The notes under the pieces are model-generated. The model saw only the letters and a list, made by a program, of their open reading frames with translations. It searched no databases and had not been told where the DNA came from. Shown one piece after another: positions 34,101 through 49,100 of a stretch of 64,000 nt of DNA. Every line of letters starts with the position of its first letter. Positions within the stretch are counted from its first letter, which is position 1. Source of the stretch: Hormiphora californensis (lineage: Eukaryota > Animalia > Ctenophora). The stretch lies in assembly GCA_020137815.1 (NCBI GenBank), contig CM035362.1:6319404-6383403 (forward strand). The letters are read 5' to 3'. The translations under genes were made by a program, and so were the position numbers.

Positions 34101-37100
34101 ATGTCATTCTTCTCGGAGGAGGCCAAGAAGCTTGAACCAAAGGTGACAATAAATGATTTGGACCCGGAACTACTGAAAAAGGAGACTATCCTGGCAGCGA
34201 TTTTGGACAAAAATGAGAACATCAGGATTAAGCTGTATCAAGAGGACAAGAAGTTAAAGGTGGTGTTCGTGAGTGAAAGAGACAGGTATGCAGTGATCCA
34301 GATGGCACCGGAGATCCGGAGGCTCCTGTCTAATAACGGTGATAGGATTAACTTGGGACTTCGACAGCATTTGGTGAAGAACAGGTATCACGTGATACAA
34401 TGTTATCACTGTCAAGGATTTGGTCACATTGCAGGCTCTATATACTGTCCACAGAAGGATACTCCCGTATGCTGTTTCTGTGCTGGATCACATCAGACGA
34501 AAGATTGTAGAGCAAAGAAGACCAATGATACTGGTAAGATGAAGTGTGTGAATTGTGCGGATGGAGGATCTAGGGAGGACAAGAAGTATGCGAGGACCCA
34601 TACTGCTTCTAGTATGTGGTGTCCCTCGTACATCAACGAACGGGCACGGCTTATGGAGAGGACTTCAGGTGTTAGCAAAGAGGAAAAAAACCTGTACTGG
34701 ACGAGGACCAAGGAGGAACTACACAGGAAAAGACTTGGAAGATTGGGACATTAAATGTCCGCTCTCTTGTCAATAAAACTGGAGGTGTCATTTCACATCT
34801 GGAGGATGAAGATTGTGATATATGTCTTATACAGGAAACATTTCTGAAGTCCACAGACACAGGGAAACTCCAAGAAATAAGAGACAATGGATGGGATATT
34901 TTCTCATGCCCCAGAGGAGACAGAGGAGGTGGAGGAATTGGAATTCTCTTTCGAGATGGCATAGTCCTTCGGCAGTGTCCTGTGAAGACCAAATATAAAT
35001 CATTTCAAGTTCAAGAGGTTCTCATCAGTGACAGGGATCAACCCAAGAGGCTCTGTAATGTCTACCGTCCTCCGTACACACCTAAGTCAAGACTTACAGA
35101 AGCAACTTTCCTATCAGAATTTGGGGACTACCTTTCCGAGCTTGTCATGAAGCAAGGTACTCCGATCATTGCTGGAGACCTAAACTTCCAAGTACAAGAT
35201 GATAACAACTTCTATGCGAGGAAACTGTTGGAACTGCTGGATTCATTTGACCTTCAACAAAGGGTACCACCTCTGCCTACTCACAGACTTGGAGGAACCT
35301 TGGACCTGGTGATAACTGCGAGAGAAACTACTCTGGGTGATTTAACCATATTTCCCAATGGTACTACATCGGATCATTTCCTAGTGCAGTTTGGGATTCA
35401 AGTGAGACCTGACCTATCAAATTCCTGTTTGAAGAAATCAGTGTATCGAGAATATATGGACTACAAATCTGTGGATCTGGAAGGATTTAAGGAGGACTTG
35501 AGGAAAGGAGATTTTGACAGAGGCAGGGATCCAGAGGAGGGTGTTGTGAACTTCTATCGTTGGCTGGAAGGAATAGTGGAAAAGCGTGTACCGAGGAAGC
35601 GGGTGAGGATGGGGAAAAAGTTTAAACCGTGGAGGGATGAGGAACTTAGGGGATTACTTCGTAAGAGGAGGAGTGCGGAACGGTATTGGCGGAAGCATGG
35701 AACTGAGGATGCAAAGCGGAGATTCAACGATCTGAAGAAGCTGTATGGAAATATGGATAAGGACAAGAGGTCACTTTTCATTAGAGAGGACTTAGACGCT
35801 GTCAAAGGTGACCCAAAGAAACTACAGAGTAATTAACTACAGAAACTCCTGGGAAAAGCTGAATCAATCCTCCCTGAAACAACAAACACGAAGAGTTTGG
35901 CGGATGATTTCTCGCAGTTCTTTAGCTCCAAAGTGGAAAAGATTCGAACCCAAGTCAATGAGGAGCAACAGCAAGCTGGGGACTTTGAGGAACCCGGAAA
36001 GGCCTGTGATTCAACATGGAAGGAATTCAAGGAGATATCTGAGGAGGAACTTGTTTTGGTGGTAAAGTCTATGTCAAGTAAACATTGTGACCTTGATCCG
36101 TTGCCCACCTGGGTAGTAAAGGAGTGTATCAGGGATCTTGCTCCAGTATTAACATCGATTGTAAACCATTCTCTTCGTCAGTCAACAGTTGCAGAATCGC
36201 TCCAGAAGGCTATTGTGTTTCCTACCATCAAGAATATGTACGGAGATAGGGAAGCTCTCAGTAACTACCGTCCTGTATCAAACATCCCATTCCTTTCTAA
36301 GCTCCTAGAAAAGGTGGTGCTCACGCAACTGAATGAGTACCTTGAAAGCAATTCACTTTTGGGCAAGCATCAATCTGGTTATCGTGCCGGTCATAGCTGC
36401 GAAACGCTGTTAGCCAGCATGTTTGATGATGTATTGGGTGAGATGGATAAAGGAAATGTTGTGGCTCTCATATGTTTGGACATGAGCGCTGCGTTTGACA
36501 CAGTGGATCATGAGAAGTTGTTGGAGGTGCTGCAAAAACGTTTTGGGGTGGATGGTGATCCTCTTCAATGGTTTAAGAGCTATCTGAGTTCCAGATCTTT
36601 TAGAGTCTCGGTTGGTGATTGTCTCTCGGATACTCTGGCCTTACTCTGTGGAGTGCCCCAAGGGTCCCTCCTGGGTCCTATTTTGTTTCTACTATACATT
36701 GAGGCTGTACAGGACATTGTGGAACCATATGGGCTCCGGATAAAGTTATATGCTGACGACTCCCAGCTCTATGTGAGTCTGGTTCCTACAGATTCTACTG
36801 GCTGGTTGGAGGCAAAGGTGGATATTGAGGAATGTCTGGCGAAGGTGAAGCGGTGGATGGTGGGACAGTAGTTGAAGTGCAACGAGGCTAAGACAGAATT
36901 CATCCTTCTTGGAAAGCGCAGTTCCTTAGGCAAGGTCACTTTCGATCCAGTCATTAACTTTGGAGGAACAGAAATCTCCCCTAGTGAATGTAGTGGAACA
37001 ACCGGGAAAACCCTTGGAATCCTCTTGGATCACAATCTCAATCTTGAACGACAGGTTAACAATGTGAGGAAACAGTGTGGATTGGCATTACGGAATCTCT

Positions 37101-40100
37101 GGCAGTTGCACAGGTGTTTTGATATTCCAACAAAGATAATGTTGGTCAAACAATTGATCATATCAAGAATTGATTACAGTAACATACTGTACTGTGGACT
37201 TCCAGGTCGAGTTCTCAGTGGGCTCCAGAAACTTCTTAACGCCTGTGTGACTTACTTGACTTATGGCGGCCGGAGAGGTCGAGTAGTAATGAACGATCTC
37301 CAGTTATCCCGGTTGCACATAAGTTCAAGCATTTCGTTACTGTTATCACACACCCCGTCCAGGTCTTGTAATAGGACATCTGGGAAGGTTAGTAACGGGC
37401 GGCCACGCCGCGCCTGGCCATGAGCTGGTTTCCACATTAGTAGTTCATGTCCCACTAGGTCATCGTGTCTAGCAAGGTGCCCTGCCATTCTCAGTCTCTG
37501 GCTTCTAATCTTCTCAGTTACACGAGGAATATCTTGGAAAACCACGGCATTTGACACTCTGTCCGCACACCTGATGTTCAGTGCTGCCCTCAACATCCTC
37601 GAGTAACACCCATCAATCTTCTTGCCTAGGCTCTTGGTTATAGTCCACGTTTCAGATCCGTAGAGAAAGATAGTCTCGACAGTGGATCTGAATAACCTCA
37701 CCTTCATCTTCCTAGACATCTTAGACTTCCAGACTCTGTTCATCTTATTTAGGGCACTCCATGCCTTAGCCTTCCTAACTTCGAAGTCTTTCACACTGTT
37801 TCCAATCCATGATCCCAGGTATACAAAGTCATCCACTTCATCCAGCAACTGTCCATCAGATGTTCTGATACCGTTGTGATCTGGACCAATGCTGTTAGTC
37901 ATGTACTTCGTCTTACTACCATTTATGTGGAGACCAACAGATGCAGCAAACTCCTCCAGCCGGGCCAGGAATACCTGGGCCCCATCGATGGTATCAGCTA
38001 ACAGAGCCTGTGTGCGCTTTATATACAACATCCATGGACACCAGGAAAGCTATTTAGAATACTTCAGGCAGTGCCATATCTTGCCCATCTCCTACAGACT
38101 GGACTTCAAAGCCTGTCTGATCGCCTACAAGATAGTCTATGGAACAGCACCCCGTTACCTCCAGGAAATGGTGCCACTTGATGACAGCTGGGGTCTCTCC
38201 AGGACAACAAGGATGACTAGTGTTACTGATCCGTACAGATTAAAACACCCAAAGATGACAAGCATCAACGCCAACTCTAAGTTGAGACGTAGGAGACTAT
38301 CAGTGTTCCTGCCTACTATTTGGAATGAGTTACCTCTTGAGCTCAGGTCAATCCCCAATGTGGATACATTCAAGGCCCGTCTGAAAACACATCTCTTCGT
38401 TGGTGCATTTGGAGTGGGTGATGGGGAACCCGTGGCTGAGTTGTAATGTTTGTTGTAGTTGTGGAGCCTGCGGGCAATCGGTGTCATCCTCTCTCTAGAC
38501 ATGCTATTAAATCACTACCTAGTTTAAACTTTTTTCCCTAGCAGGTGTGAGTATAGCGTGTTTTAAATTTATATCTACAGGTTTATGGGACCAGTTATTC
38601 CACCAGTTTTATAAGTCCAGTTATATCGGCTTCTATATATTGTCTTTTTCAACCAGAGTGTTTGTGTGTGTCATATATTTACTCGAGGATATACCGCTCT
38701 GATGACCAGGCGGAGCATCGCCAATATTTTGACATGTTTCCGTCGGGTATGGGCGGTATATAAGCGCGGAATATTATTATTATTATTATTATTATTGAGG
38801 TTATTGTAGATAGGTCACATTTTCTTAAGAATCTATATCCTTACAGCTTGTTCGACCCTATAATGGGTTTGAACAAAACAGGTTTATCCCATTGTCTGTG
38901 ACCTGTGTGTGTGTTACAGACAATATGAAATATTACAGCTGGCTTTATTGTGGATGGAATCTCCTTTCATTCAAACTTCACTATTTCCTGTTTCTAAAAT
39001 AGATCCTTGAAAAAGAGAATCTCTCGATCCCAATATATCACACAATAGATACTGTTATTTTGTACTGACATGCCACTACCTCTTATCCCTGAGGGTCATT
39101 CTGCTGTTGCACAGGTCATAACGACAGTGAGAGAGCTCCACAGATTAGGAGAGAGGTTGCAGGATTATGTCGATGAGAGGTGTGTGTTTTGCACTCTGAT
39201 CATTCAGCTAGAGTTTCCCCTGATTTGTTTAGCACCGATCCCATCATCTTGGCACCATGTGTCTCCTACTACCATGATCCCATCATTATAATCTTGGCAC
39301 CATGTGTCTCCTACTACCATGATTCCATCATTATAATATTGGCACCATGTGTCTCCTACTACCATGATCCCATCATTATAATCTTGGCACCATGTGTCTC
39401 CTACTACCATGATCCCATCATTATAATATTGGCACCATGTGTCTCCTACTACCATGATCCCATCATTATAATCTTGGCACCATGTGTCTCCTACTACCAT
39501 GATCCCATCATTATAATATTGGCACCATGTGTCTCCTACTACCATGATCCCATCATTATAATCTTGGCACCATGTGTCTCCTACTACCATGATTCCATAT
39601 CATTATAATATTGGCACCATGTGTCTCCTACTACCATGATCCCATCATTATAATATTGGCACCATGTGTCTCCTACTACCATGATCCCATCATTATAATC
39701 TTGGCACCATGTGTCTCCTACTACCATGATCCCATCATTATAATATTGGCACCATGTGTCTCCTACTACCATGATCCCATCATTATAATATTGGCACCAT
39801 GTGTCTCCTACTACCATGATCCCATCATTATAATATTGGCACCATGTGTCTCCTACTACCATGATCCCATCATTATAATCTTGGCACCATGTGTCTCCTA
39901 CTACCATGATTCCATCATTATAATCTTGGCACCATGTGTCTCCTACTACCATGATTCCATCATTATAATCTTGGCACCATGTGTCTCCTACTACCATGAT
40001 CCCATCATTATAATCTTGGCACCATGTGTCTCCTACTACCATGATTCCATCATTATAATCTTGGCACCATGTGTCTCCTACTACCATGATCCCATCATTA

Positions 40101-43100
40101 TAATCTTGGCACCATGTGTCTCCTACTACCATGATTCCATCATTATAATATTGGCACCATGTGTCTCCTACTACCATGACCCCATCATTATAATCTTGGC
40201 ACCATGTGTCTCCTACTACCATGATCCCATCATTATAATATTGGCACCATGTGTCTCCTACTACCATGATCCCATCATTATAATCTTGGCACCATGTGTC
40301 TCCTACTACCATGATCCCATCATTATAATATTGGCACCATGTGTCTCCTACTACCATGATCCCATCATTATAATCTTGGCACCATGTGTCTCCTACTACC
40401 ATGATTCCATATCATTATAATATTGGCACCATGTGTCTCCTACTACCATGATCCCATCATTATAATATTGGCACCATGTGTCTCCTACTACCATGATCCC
40501 ATCATTATAATCTTGGCACCATGTGTCTCCTACTACCATGATCCCATCATTATAATATTGGCACCATGTGTCTCCTACTACCATGATCCCATCATTATAA
40601 TCTTGGCACCATGTGTCTCCTACTACCATGATTCCATATCATTATAATATTGGCACCATGTGTCTCCTACTACCATGATCCCATCATTATAATCTTGGCA
40701 CCATGTGTCTCCTACTACCATGATCCCATCATTATAATCTTGGCACCATGTGTCTCCTACTACCATGATTCCATCATTATAATATTGGCACCATGTGTCT
40801 CCTACTACCATGATCCCATCATTATAATCTTGGCACCATGTGTCTCCTACTACCATGATCCCATCATTATAATCTTGGCACCATGTGTCTCCTACTACCA
40901 TGATCCCATCATTATAATCTTGGCACCATGTGTCTCCTACTACCATGATCCCATCATTATAATCTTGGCACCATGTGTCTCCTACTACCATGATTCCATC
41001 ATTATAATATTGGCACCATGTGTCTCCTACTACCATGATCCCATCATTATAATCTTGGCACCATGTGTCTCCTACTACCATGATCCCATCATTATAATCT
41101 TGGCACCATGTGTCTCCTACTACCATGATTCCATATCATTATAATATTGGCACCATGTGTCTCCTACTACCATGATCCCATCATTATAATCTTGGCACCA
41201 TGTGTCTCCTACTACCATGATCCCATCATTATAATCTTGGCACCATGTGTCTCCTACTACCATGATCCCATCATTATAATATTGGCACCATGTGTCTCCT
41301 ACTACCATGATTCCATCATTATAAGATTCAAGATTCAAGATTCAAATTAAAAAGTACTTAACAATAATATTATTGTCATATAACTATAGGTAAAAAAGTG
41401 GGAGTAGGAGGGGTAGAGAGAGGGTTCAGGGGGTTGAGAGGAGAGGTATGGTGGGCGGTGGTAGTGTGTGAATTATGGGTTGATGATGGTGTGAATTAGG
41501 TGAGAGAGATGATGATTGATATGCGAGGGGAAGACATGACCACGAAGGGAGGTTCTGTCTTGATCTGTTAGGCGGTCTCGAGCTGATTTGGTGCGGGTGC
41601 ATTCATTCAGCATGTGCCACTCATCTTGAATGATGGGGTCGAAGAAAGGGAGGGCACGCAGGAGAGGTATAGACTCGGGTGAGGAGCAATCATCACAGAT
41701 GCGCTCAGATCTGTCAGTTTTGTTATGGCGTCCGGTTTCGATTTTTAGGCGGTGGGTACTCGTTCTTAACTTGATGAAGTCAGGTGCCGTCCTTCTTTCT
41801 AGGTAATCCTCAAAGCCATGTCCGGTCTTGACACTGTTGTAGAATTCAAGCTTCCGGTTGCTGTGGCGAATATCGTCCCATTGGGTCCAAAACCAATCTG
41901 AGATACGGGCCTGCACGAGTTGGGAGTTAGGGAGAAGTGTCTTCTGCGGGTGGTGGGCATTGGAGTCGAATATCTCGGAGGTCCTTAGGACACTTTGATA
42001 CCAGGGCAACTGTAGTCGCTTCTGTTCGTTATAGGCGTGTACGACTAGCTTGCTTTGGTTGTCGAGAGAGTTGCTCATGATACATAGTCTATTGTGGAAG
42101 TCCAGCAGGTGTTTGCTGTTTCTTACGGCCAGGGGGACTCTATCAGTGTCCCCGTAGAGTGGAGGTAGCGGTGTGTTTTTCCGAAGTCCTAGTAGCCATC
42201 TCAGAAAGCTGGTTTGACATTTTTCTGTTTGGTCGTCCCAGATGTCCTTCGATGTAGTTTTCACATGCTTCCCGTTTAGAGATGTCTTGAGAAATCTTGT
42301 TTCGTGCAGCCAGATAGCTGATGCATACCCTGCTACAGGTGCTACCAGAGCATCAAATAGTTTTAGGGCCGCTTGCTTGGATATTGATCTGATATCCACT
42401 ATTCTTTTTATGGCGAAAATGCTCCGCATGCTCTTGATTCTCAGTTGTTTTTGGGCTTCTCGTAGGTTACCATTCACCGAGAAAGTCAAACCGAGATATT
42501 GATAGGTCTTGGTTGATGGGATGTGTGAGTCGCCGTAGAGAAAGCTGTTGGATTCTTTGAGTTTCCTCCCAGCTTGGTTAAAGACCATTATAGCCGTTTT
42601 TTCGGTGTTAACGGTAAGATCCCAATCAGAGCAGAACCGGTAGAGGGCATCGAGGAGTTTCTGAAGACCCTTAGCCGAGGTTGACATAAGTACCAGATCA
42701 TCAGCCCAGAGCAAGTGAGTCACTAGGGCTGTTCCTAGTGCTACTGGGTCAGATTCCAGGTCTTTATCATTGAGTATTGTGGATAGGTCCAAGAGGAAAC
42801 ACTTGAAAAGCTCTGGACTTGTGACATGCCCCTGCTCTGTGCCAATTTGGATGTCAATGAGATCAGAGAGTTTCTGAGCTAGTTTTAGGCGAGCCTTGGA
42901 GTTGTTGTACATGTGGTCGAGTACATTGAAGAACTTCCCACGAACTCCAAGGTTTAGCAGTTTTAGGAGAAGGGCGTCTCTGTTGAGGCCATCGAATGCC
43001 TTACGAAAGTCGATAAAGCAAGTGTAGAGCCTTCCTTTGTTCTGTATTCCTTTCTGAATGGCAGTATGGAGTGTTAAAAGGTGGTCGCTGGTCTGTGCGC

Positions 43101-46100
43101 CCTTCACAAAGCCTTGTTGGTTGGGCGGGTCCGGGCAGTGAGTCTTCCTGAAGTTCACTAGGCGCTCCAGATAGATGGCGGAGAAGACACGCCCCAGACT
43201 GCTCCCTACAGCAATGGCTCGGTAGTTGTTAGGGTCATGTTTGGGCCCTTTTTTGTGGATAGGTGTTATAACCGTAGTGTTCCAAGGGTACACGCCGTGT
43301 TCGAGGCATTGGTTATACAGATGTGTGAGTAGCTGTATCGTGTTGGGACATGCCTCTTTGAGTAGTTCGTTAGGTATTCCATCAATGCCTGGCGATTTGC
43401 CCCTTTTTAGATCCTTGATAGCCTTTTCGACATCATTAGTGCATATAGGTTGGTTGAGTGCACTTTCCAGGTCTGATTGCAGATTGATTTTAGTATGGAT
43501 GTCAGCTTTCCAGGTGTCAGTTTTCTCGTTCTGGTTTTTGGAGTAAAGCTGATTGAAGAAGCTGTGGAAGTCGGTCATATGAGAGATGCTGAGTTCCTCT
43601 TTTTGATCGAACTGCTGTTTCAGTTCCTCGATTGTGTCCCAGTTCAATGTTTTGGATGAAAGAATTCTGCTGCTCAAGTTTTGCTTGAGCTGGCTCTTCT
43701 TGTTCCTCATTGTTCGACGATACAATCGTTTCTGCTGGTGGTAGAGGTCTTTGATCCTGGGGTTAGCAGTTTTCCCCTTGCCCTGGGCTCGTGCAAGGCG
43801 GTTGGTTTCAAAGCGTAGGATGTCACACTCTTTATCATACCATTTAGATTTCGTGTATCGTTTTTTATGCTTCTTTTTCTTGTCTCCAGCTGGTTCAGTG
43901 CTTTTGAGTTGGGCGGCAAGCAGATCTGATATTTTTTGGTTCATGGTGTACACATCATCACGGCAATTGCAGGTTGTCCGGATTAACCCAGAGATAGCAT
44001 CAGAGTCCTTCATTTGCCGTTCTTTGAGTAGCTGGGCGGTAGTGTCTTTCCATTTGGTTTGCCGAGGAGCGTCTGGTAGGTTTATAAACTTCCTTTGGGC
44101 TGTTGCACTTTTCAATGTCGTCTTGGTGTTAAGCGTCACTTCTATTGGGCAGTGGTCCGATAGTGGCAGGAGTGGCCTGACCTTGAGAGATCGGGTGGAG
44201 CAGCGAATGCTATCAGAGGCAATGATGTAATCAACAACACTAGCTCCATTGTACGTGTGACAGGTATACTGTCCTGTTAGATCACCAATTGTACAGCCGT
44301 TTAGGATGGTAAGCTCAGCTGATGACAGACAGTCAAGTAGCTTGGCTCCTCTGTCATTGCAGACAGTATCTTTGCTGGTGCGGAGTTGTTTATAAGACGG
44401 GTCTCCGCTGGAGAGAATGTCATCAGAGATGTGTTGAGTCGGTGGGATCGTGTTGAGTCCACTCAATCTAGCGTTCATGTCACCGGCAATTAGGATCTCG
44501 GTTTGCCTTAGAGATAGAAGCAGTTGGCTCAGGTCATGGAGTGTGTCCCTCTCCTCACTGGTACCTGCCCATTTCTTTTTGTAACTGCTTTCGGGTGGGG
44601 AGTCGTATACATTAATGATGGTGAGGTCCTTCCCTGTCCCGGTGATTTTCCTGGAAATCCTTAGTGCGAGAAGGTCCTCGTGGTCAGTTTTGATTAGTTT
44701 AGTGTGTGCTGCTATAGTTGAGTGGACGCCGATGGTTAGTCCGCCAGATCGTGGGTTGGGACGTGTCTTGTTGTGGCAGATGTAGCTGTCAACTTCAACA
44801 GATCCCTTTGTTTCTTGTAGCAGGAATACGTGGGAACCACCCAGTTGGGCGAGGAATTCATGACAGTTGGTTTTGGGCCCAAGATTAGCGTCTTTGATTC
44901 CGTGAATGTTCCAGGACACGATGTTGAGCGTGCAACTGTTTGCCTCGGGTGCGCCTTGAGAATTACTCTTCATTGTGAGGTCTTCTTTTGTGGTTAGGAT
45001 TGGTCATTCTGTTTAGCCCTTCTCTGAGATTTAGCCAGAGTTTTTTCCCACCATGTTCGGTTGGTATACTTTCTATCCCACTGTCTGTTGCAACTTGGGT
45101 TGTAGTGTGTTCACCGATTCTGGCGTTGTTTATTGTGAATACCCGGTTAGTGAAGGCTGGGTTTTTCCTGAGTTCTGTGATGAATCTGGATATTTGTAGG
45201 TTCCAGTTTTTGATGCTGGCATCGAGAGATGGTAGTTTGGGAGCCGGTATCGGTAGAGATACGCAGATCTTAGAGGGGGTGTTTTGTAGTATCCCTTTTA
45301 CCACAGACTTTAGTATTTCTATCTCAGCTGAAATAGGTTGCTTGTCTTTAAGTTTTTTAAGGATGTCCTCCTTGCCTACGTGAAGGACGATGGCACCGGG
45401 GCGATGCTTCCTGATAGCTTTTTGGAGTTCACTGGGATTTGAGGGTTCAGTCTTGGCCTCCTCTAGTGATGCTATCTTGTGTGTTTCGATGTCGAAAGAT
45501 TTTGAGAACAGCGTCCTATCAAATGCGTCCATTTCCGCGCCGTGGGCTATGAAGCATTTTGGTTTACTTGGAGCGAGGTCTCCACTTGCAGTTGTGGTTC
45601 CTCTCTGAGTGGGTGGTTGTGCGTTGGGCTGCCTCATGTGGGGACTGATGGTGTTTGGAGTGGTGTTGCCAGAGCTGGTTGTGCTTTGATCTGGTCTAGT
45701 AGAGCCCTGCCTCCTCCGTGAGTTGTAGGATGGTTGGTGGTTGCTAGGGGTAGGTCGGAGTTCTTGGAGGTCCTTGGTGCATTTCTCAAGGGCTTGGTTC
45801 AGGTTGTTCGTGGTGGTTTGAAGTTGATTGATCAACAGTTGCTGATTCTGTAAGAGTTTTTGCTGATCTTCCACTGATTTCTGGAGGTTCTTGATCTTCG
45901 TTTCTGATTCTCTTAGGAGCAGTTCTGTTCCGTTGTCGCTGGCGACCATTGCCGCTGACATCGAGTCCATCTTTCTTTCCAGTGAGAGAAGTCTTTCTTC
46001 CATTAGCTTGATTATGATATCTTTAGAGGATTCAGGCTGAGCGGGTTGTTTGGCTACATCTTCCTGTCTGTTCCCATTGGTGTGTTCTGAGGATTCTCCA

Positions 46101-49100
46101 ACCTTCTGTTGATTGGTCGGGGCCTTAATCTGCTGTTTCCTGGAAGATTTCTTTAAGCTTGCTGCAGTAATGGGTTTTTGGCTAGCTGTATGTGGGGTAG
46201 ATTCAGAATCTTCGCACCAGTGTTTGACCAGTAGAGTTCTTTTGAAGGCCACCGTGTTGACACTTGACTCAATTTCAAGTCGGTCTAGTTCCAAGTTTAC
46301 GGCGGTTGATGTCAACTGTTCCAGCATGGCTCGGCAAAACTTAGCCGAGGGCCTACTAGTTTCTTCAAAGATAGAGTCTAGGTCTTTGAGAAGGAGCATC
46401 CTTGCATCGAGTATGTCAGTGAAGGTGTGGTCGGCTGCTTCGCAGAGCTTCTTAAGGGTTTTCTTGCTGGCCGAAGTGATTATATTTGTCGCCAGTTCCT
46501 TTTTGATGAAGTTTTTGCTGTCGGGTTCAAAGATAATTTGGTTAGGCGAGTCCGGTGTTGCCACTTCTGAGCTTGTTTCAGGACTGATCTCTTTTGTGGT
46601 TGTGGACTCGGTTGCGCAATCTGGATCTTTTTCTTCTGGGGTTATGGTTACCCGGGTCTCTGGTTTGGGATCGTTCGTTTCGTCAGATGCTTGGGCAGTG
46701 GTTTCTCTTGCCGAGTCTGTTGTGTGGCCGATGGATTCCGGTTCCACAGCAGGTGGAATGGGATTTTGTATTGGAGTTCTGAATGTGGGGACTATCCAGT
46801 AGTGGAAGTCAAGGGATTCTTCAGAGGAGGAGCTAGTGATAACCTTGACAGAGCTCCTGTGTTTCGGGTTGATGAATAGAGCACTGATTTTGTCGAGAGG
46901 AGCGTCCACTATATTGTATTTTGATTTGTATTGAACAGTCTGCGATCTTCCGATATGGACGATTGTCAAGACATCATTTGCAGTGACGAATTTGACTTCA
47001 TTTTCCCTGCTGTAGGTGGAGATGATTGTCAGATTGTTCCAATCATCGCCGGGGATGTCTGGGTAGATTGATTGACGTGTGTTGAGGAGTGCGGATATAA
47101 GGTCCTTGTATATTTTCGGACAATCATTACTGGCTGTTCGTATGTTTAGTTTGCACTTCGAGTTGAGGGTGTTGTTCCCATGTATCTCCATCAGGTCGTG
47201 ACTTATTTGGCGTCCAATGCTCAATAGGTCAATGGTATCCAGGAAGTCTGTTTCTGTAGATTTAAACAGTATCTGTGTGTTGGTCTTTGGGTCGTATACA
47301 GGGCCTCTGGAGTCGAGCTGTGAATATGCAGGTTCATTCCGGGACGGTGTATCCTGCCCGATATTGTCTAATATGGATCCGTCCATGGAATGTTCGCTGC
47401 ATGTTCTTTTCCGGCTCAGATATCTGTTGCTGAGACGAGGAGTTGTTGCTTGGGGAGTGGTGTTGCTGAGATGAGGAGTTGTTGCTTGGGGAGTAATGAA
47501 TTCAGCGTCAGGTTTAGCTTTGGTGGGTGTAGTCTGCTCCTCAGGGACTGGTTCGGTGTCTATAAAAGTGCTACTGTGGGATTTACCACTTCCACTTAAC
47601 CAGGATACGTTAAAGCTGAGGCCTGGGAGTACCATGAGAAGAAGAAGAATGAGCAGAGTATTCGGTTGCGGTCTCAGGTGTAGGGATCGAAGTGGTGGTC
47701 CAGGAGAGGAGCATCGGAGAGGGAGGGGTGACCCAGGAGAGGAGCACCGGAGAGAGCAGGTGTGGAGAGGGAGGGGTGACCCAGGAGAGGAGCACCGGAG
47801 AGAGCTGGTGTGGTGAGGGAGGGGTGACCCAGGACAGGAGCACCGGAGAGAGCAGGTGTGGAGAGGGAGGGGTGACCCAGGAGAGGAGCACCGGAGAGGG
47901 AGGGGTGACCCAGGAAAGGAGCATCGGAGGGAGCAGGTGTGGAGAGGGAGGGGTGACCCAGGAGAGGAACACCGGAGAGAGCTGGTGTGGTGAGGTGGGG
48001 GTGACCCAGGACAGGAGCACCGGAGAGAGCAGGTGTGGAGAGGGAGGGGTGACCCAGGACAGGAGCACCGGAGAGGGAGGGGTGACCCAGGAGAGGAACA
48101 CCGGAGAGAGCAGGTGTGGAGAGGGAGGGGTGACCCAGGAGAGGAGCACCGGAGAGAGCTGGTGTGGTGAGGGAGGGGTGACCCAGGACAGGAGCACCGG
48201 AGAGAGCTGGTGTGGTGAGGGAGGGGTGACCCAGGACAGGAGCACCGGAGAGAGCTGGTGTGGTGAGGGAGGGGTGACCCAGGACAGGAGCACCGGAGAG
48301 AGCAGGTGTAGTGAGGGAGGGGTGACCCAGGAGAGGAGCACCGGAGAGAGCTGGTGTGGAGAGGGAGGGGTGACCCAGGACAGGAGCACCGGAGAGAGCT
48401 GGTGTGGTGAGGGAGGGGTGACCCAGGAGAGGAGCACCGGAGAGAGCTGGTGTGGTGAGGGAGGGGTGACCCAGGAGAGGAACACCGGAGAGAGCAGGTG
48501 TGGAGAGGGAGGGGTGACCCAGGAGAGGAGCACCGGAGAGAGCTGGAGTGGTGAGGTGAGGGGAGGCGGGAGGGGGTGGCTATGGTAGGAGCAGAGAAAG
48601 CAGGAGCAGAGAAATTGAAAACATCATGAGCGCAAAACCTACCCGACGGGGGTGGGTCTGCTAGGGGGATGTTAGGAGCGGGGGCGGGAGTGGGCGCCCC
48701 CCTAGCAGCCCGGGTCCTCTTTGCAGTCATGTACTAGTACAAGCTTGTATAGGTACTGTACAGGGTGTCGTTGTGCAGCTGCAGGTATATCTCGGAAGTA
48801 GATATGTACTGGATCAAATCGAGAGCAGCAACGTAACAACGAGAGAGAGTGTGTATAATATTGGCACCATGTGTCTCCTACTACCATGATCCCATCATTA
48901 TAATCTTGGCACCATGTGTCTCCTACTACCATGATTCCATCATTATAATATTGGCACCATGTGTCTCCTACTACCGTGATCCCATCATTATAATCTTGGC
49001 ACCATGTGTCTCCTACTACCATGATCCCATCATTATAATATTGGCACCATGTGTCTCCTACTACCATGATTCCATATCATTATAATCTTGGCACCATGTG

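Larger units (their letters stand above)
41325..48853 (-). mobile_element. Intact full-length RTEX-like LINE (~7.5 kb) inserted in the satellite
   Basis: TSD tataa at 41320-41324 and 48854-48858; (TTGAATC)n 3' tail; two uninterrupted ORFs overlapping by 11 nt. Confidence 0.92.

Noticed and set aside
34752-34757. TAAATG stop-start coupling for L2 ORF2
   Set aside because: That ATG is in the ORF1 frame, not the APE frame.
47690-48550. Link between the LINE's 45-bp repeat and the host 45-bp satellite
   Set aside because: Same period but no sequence similarity.
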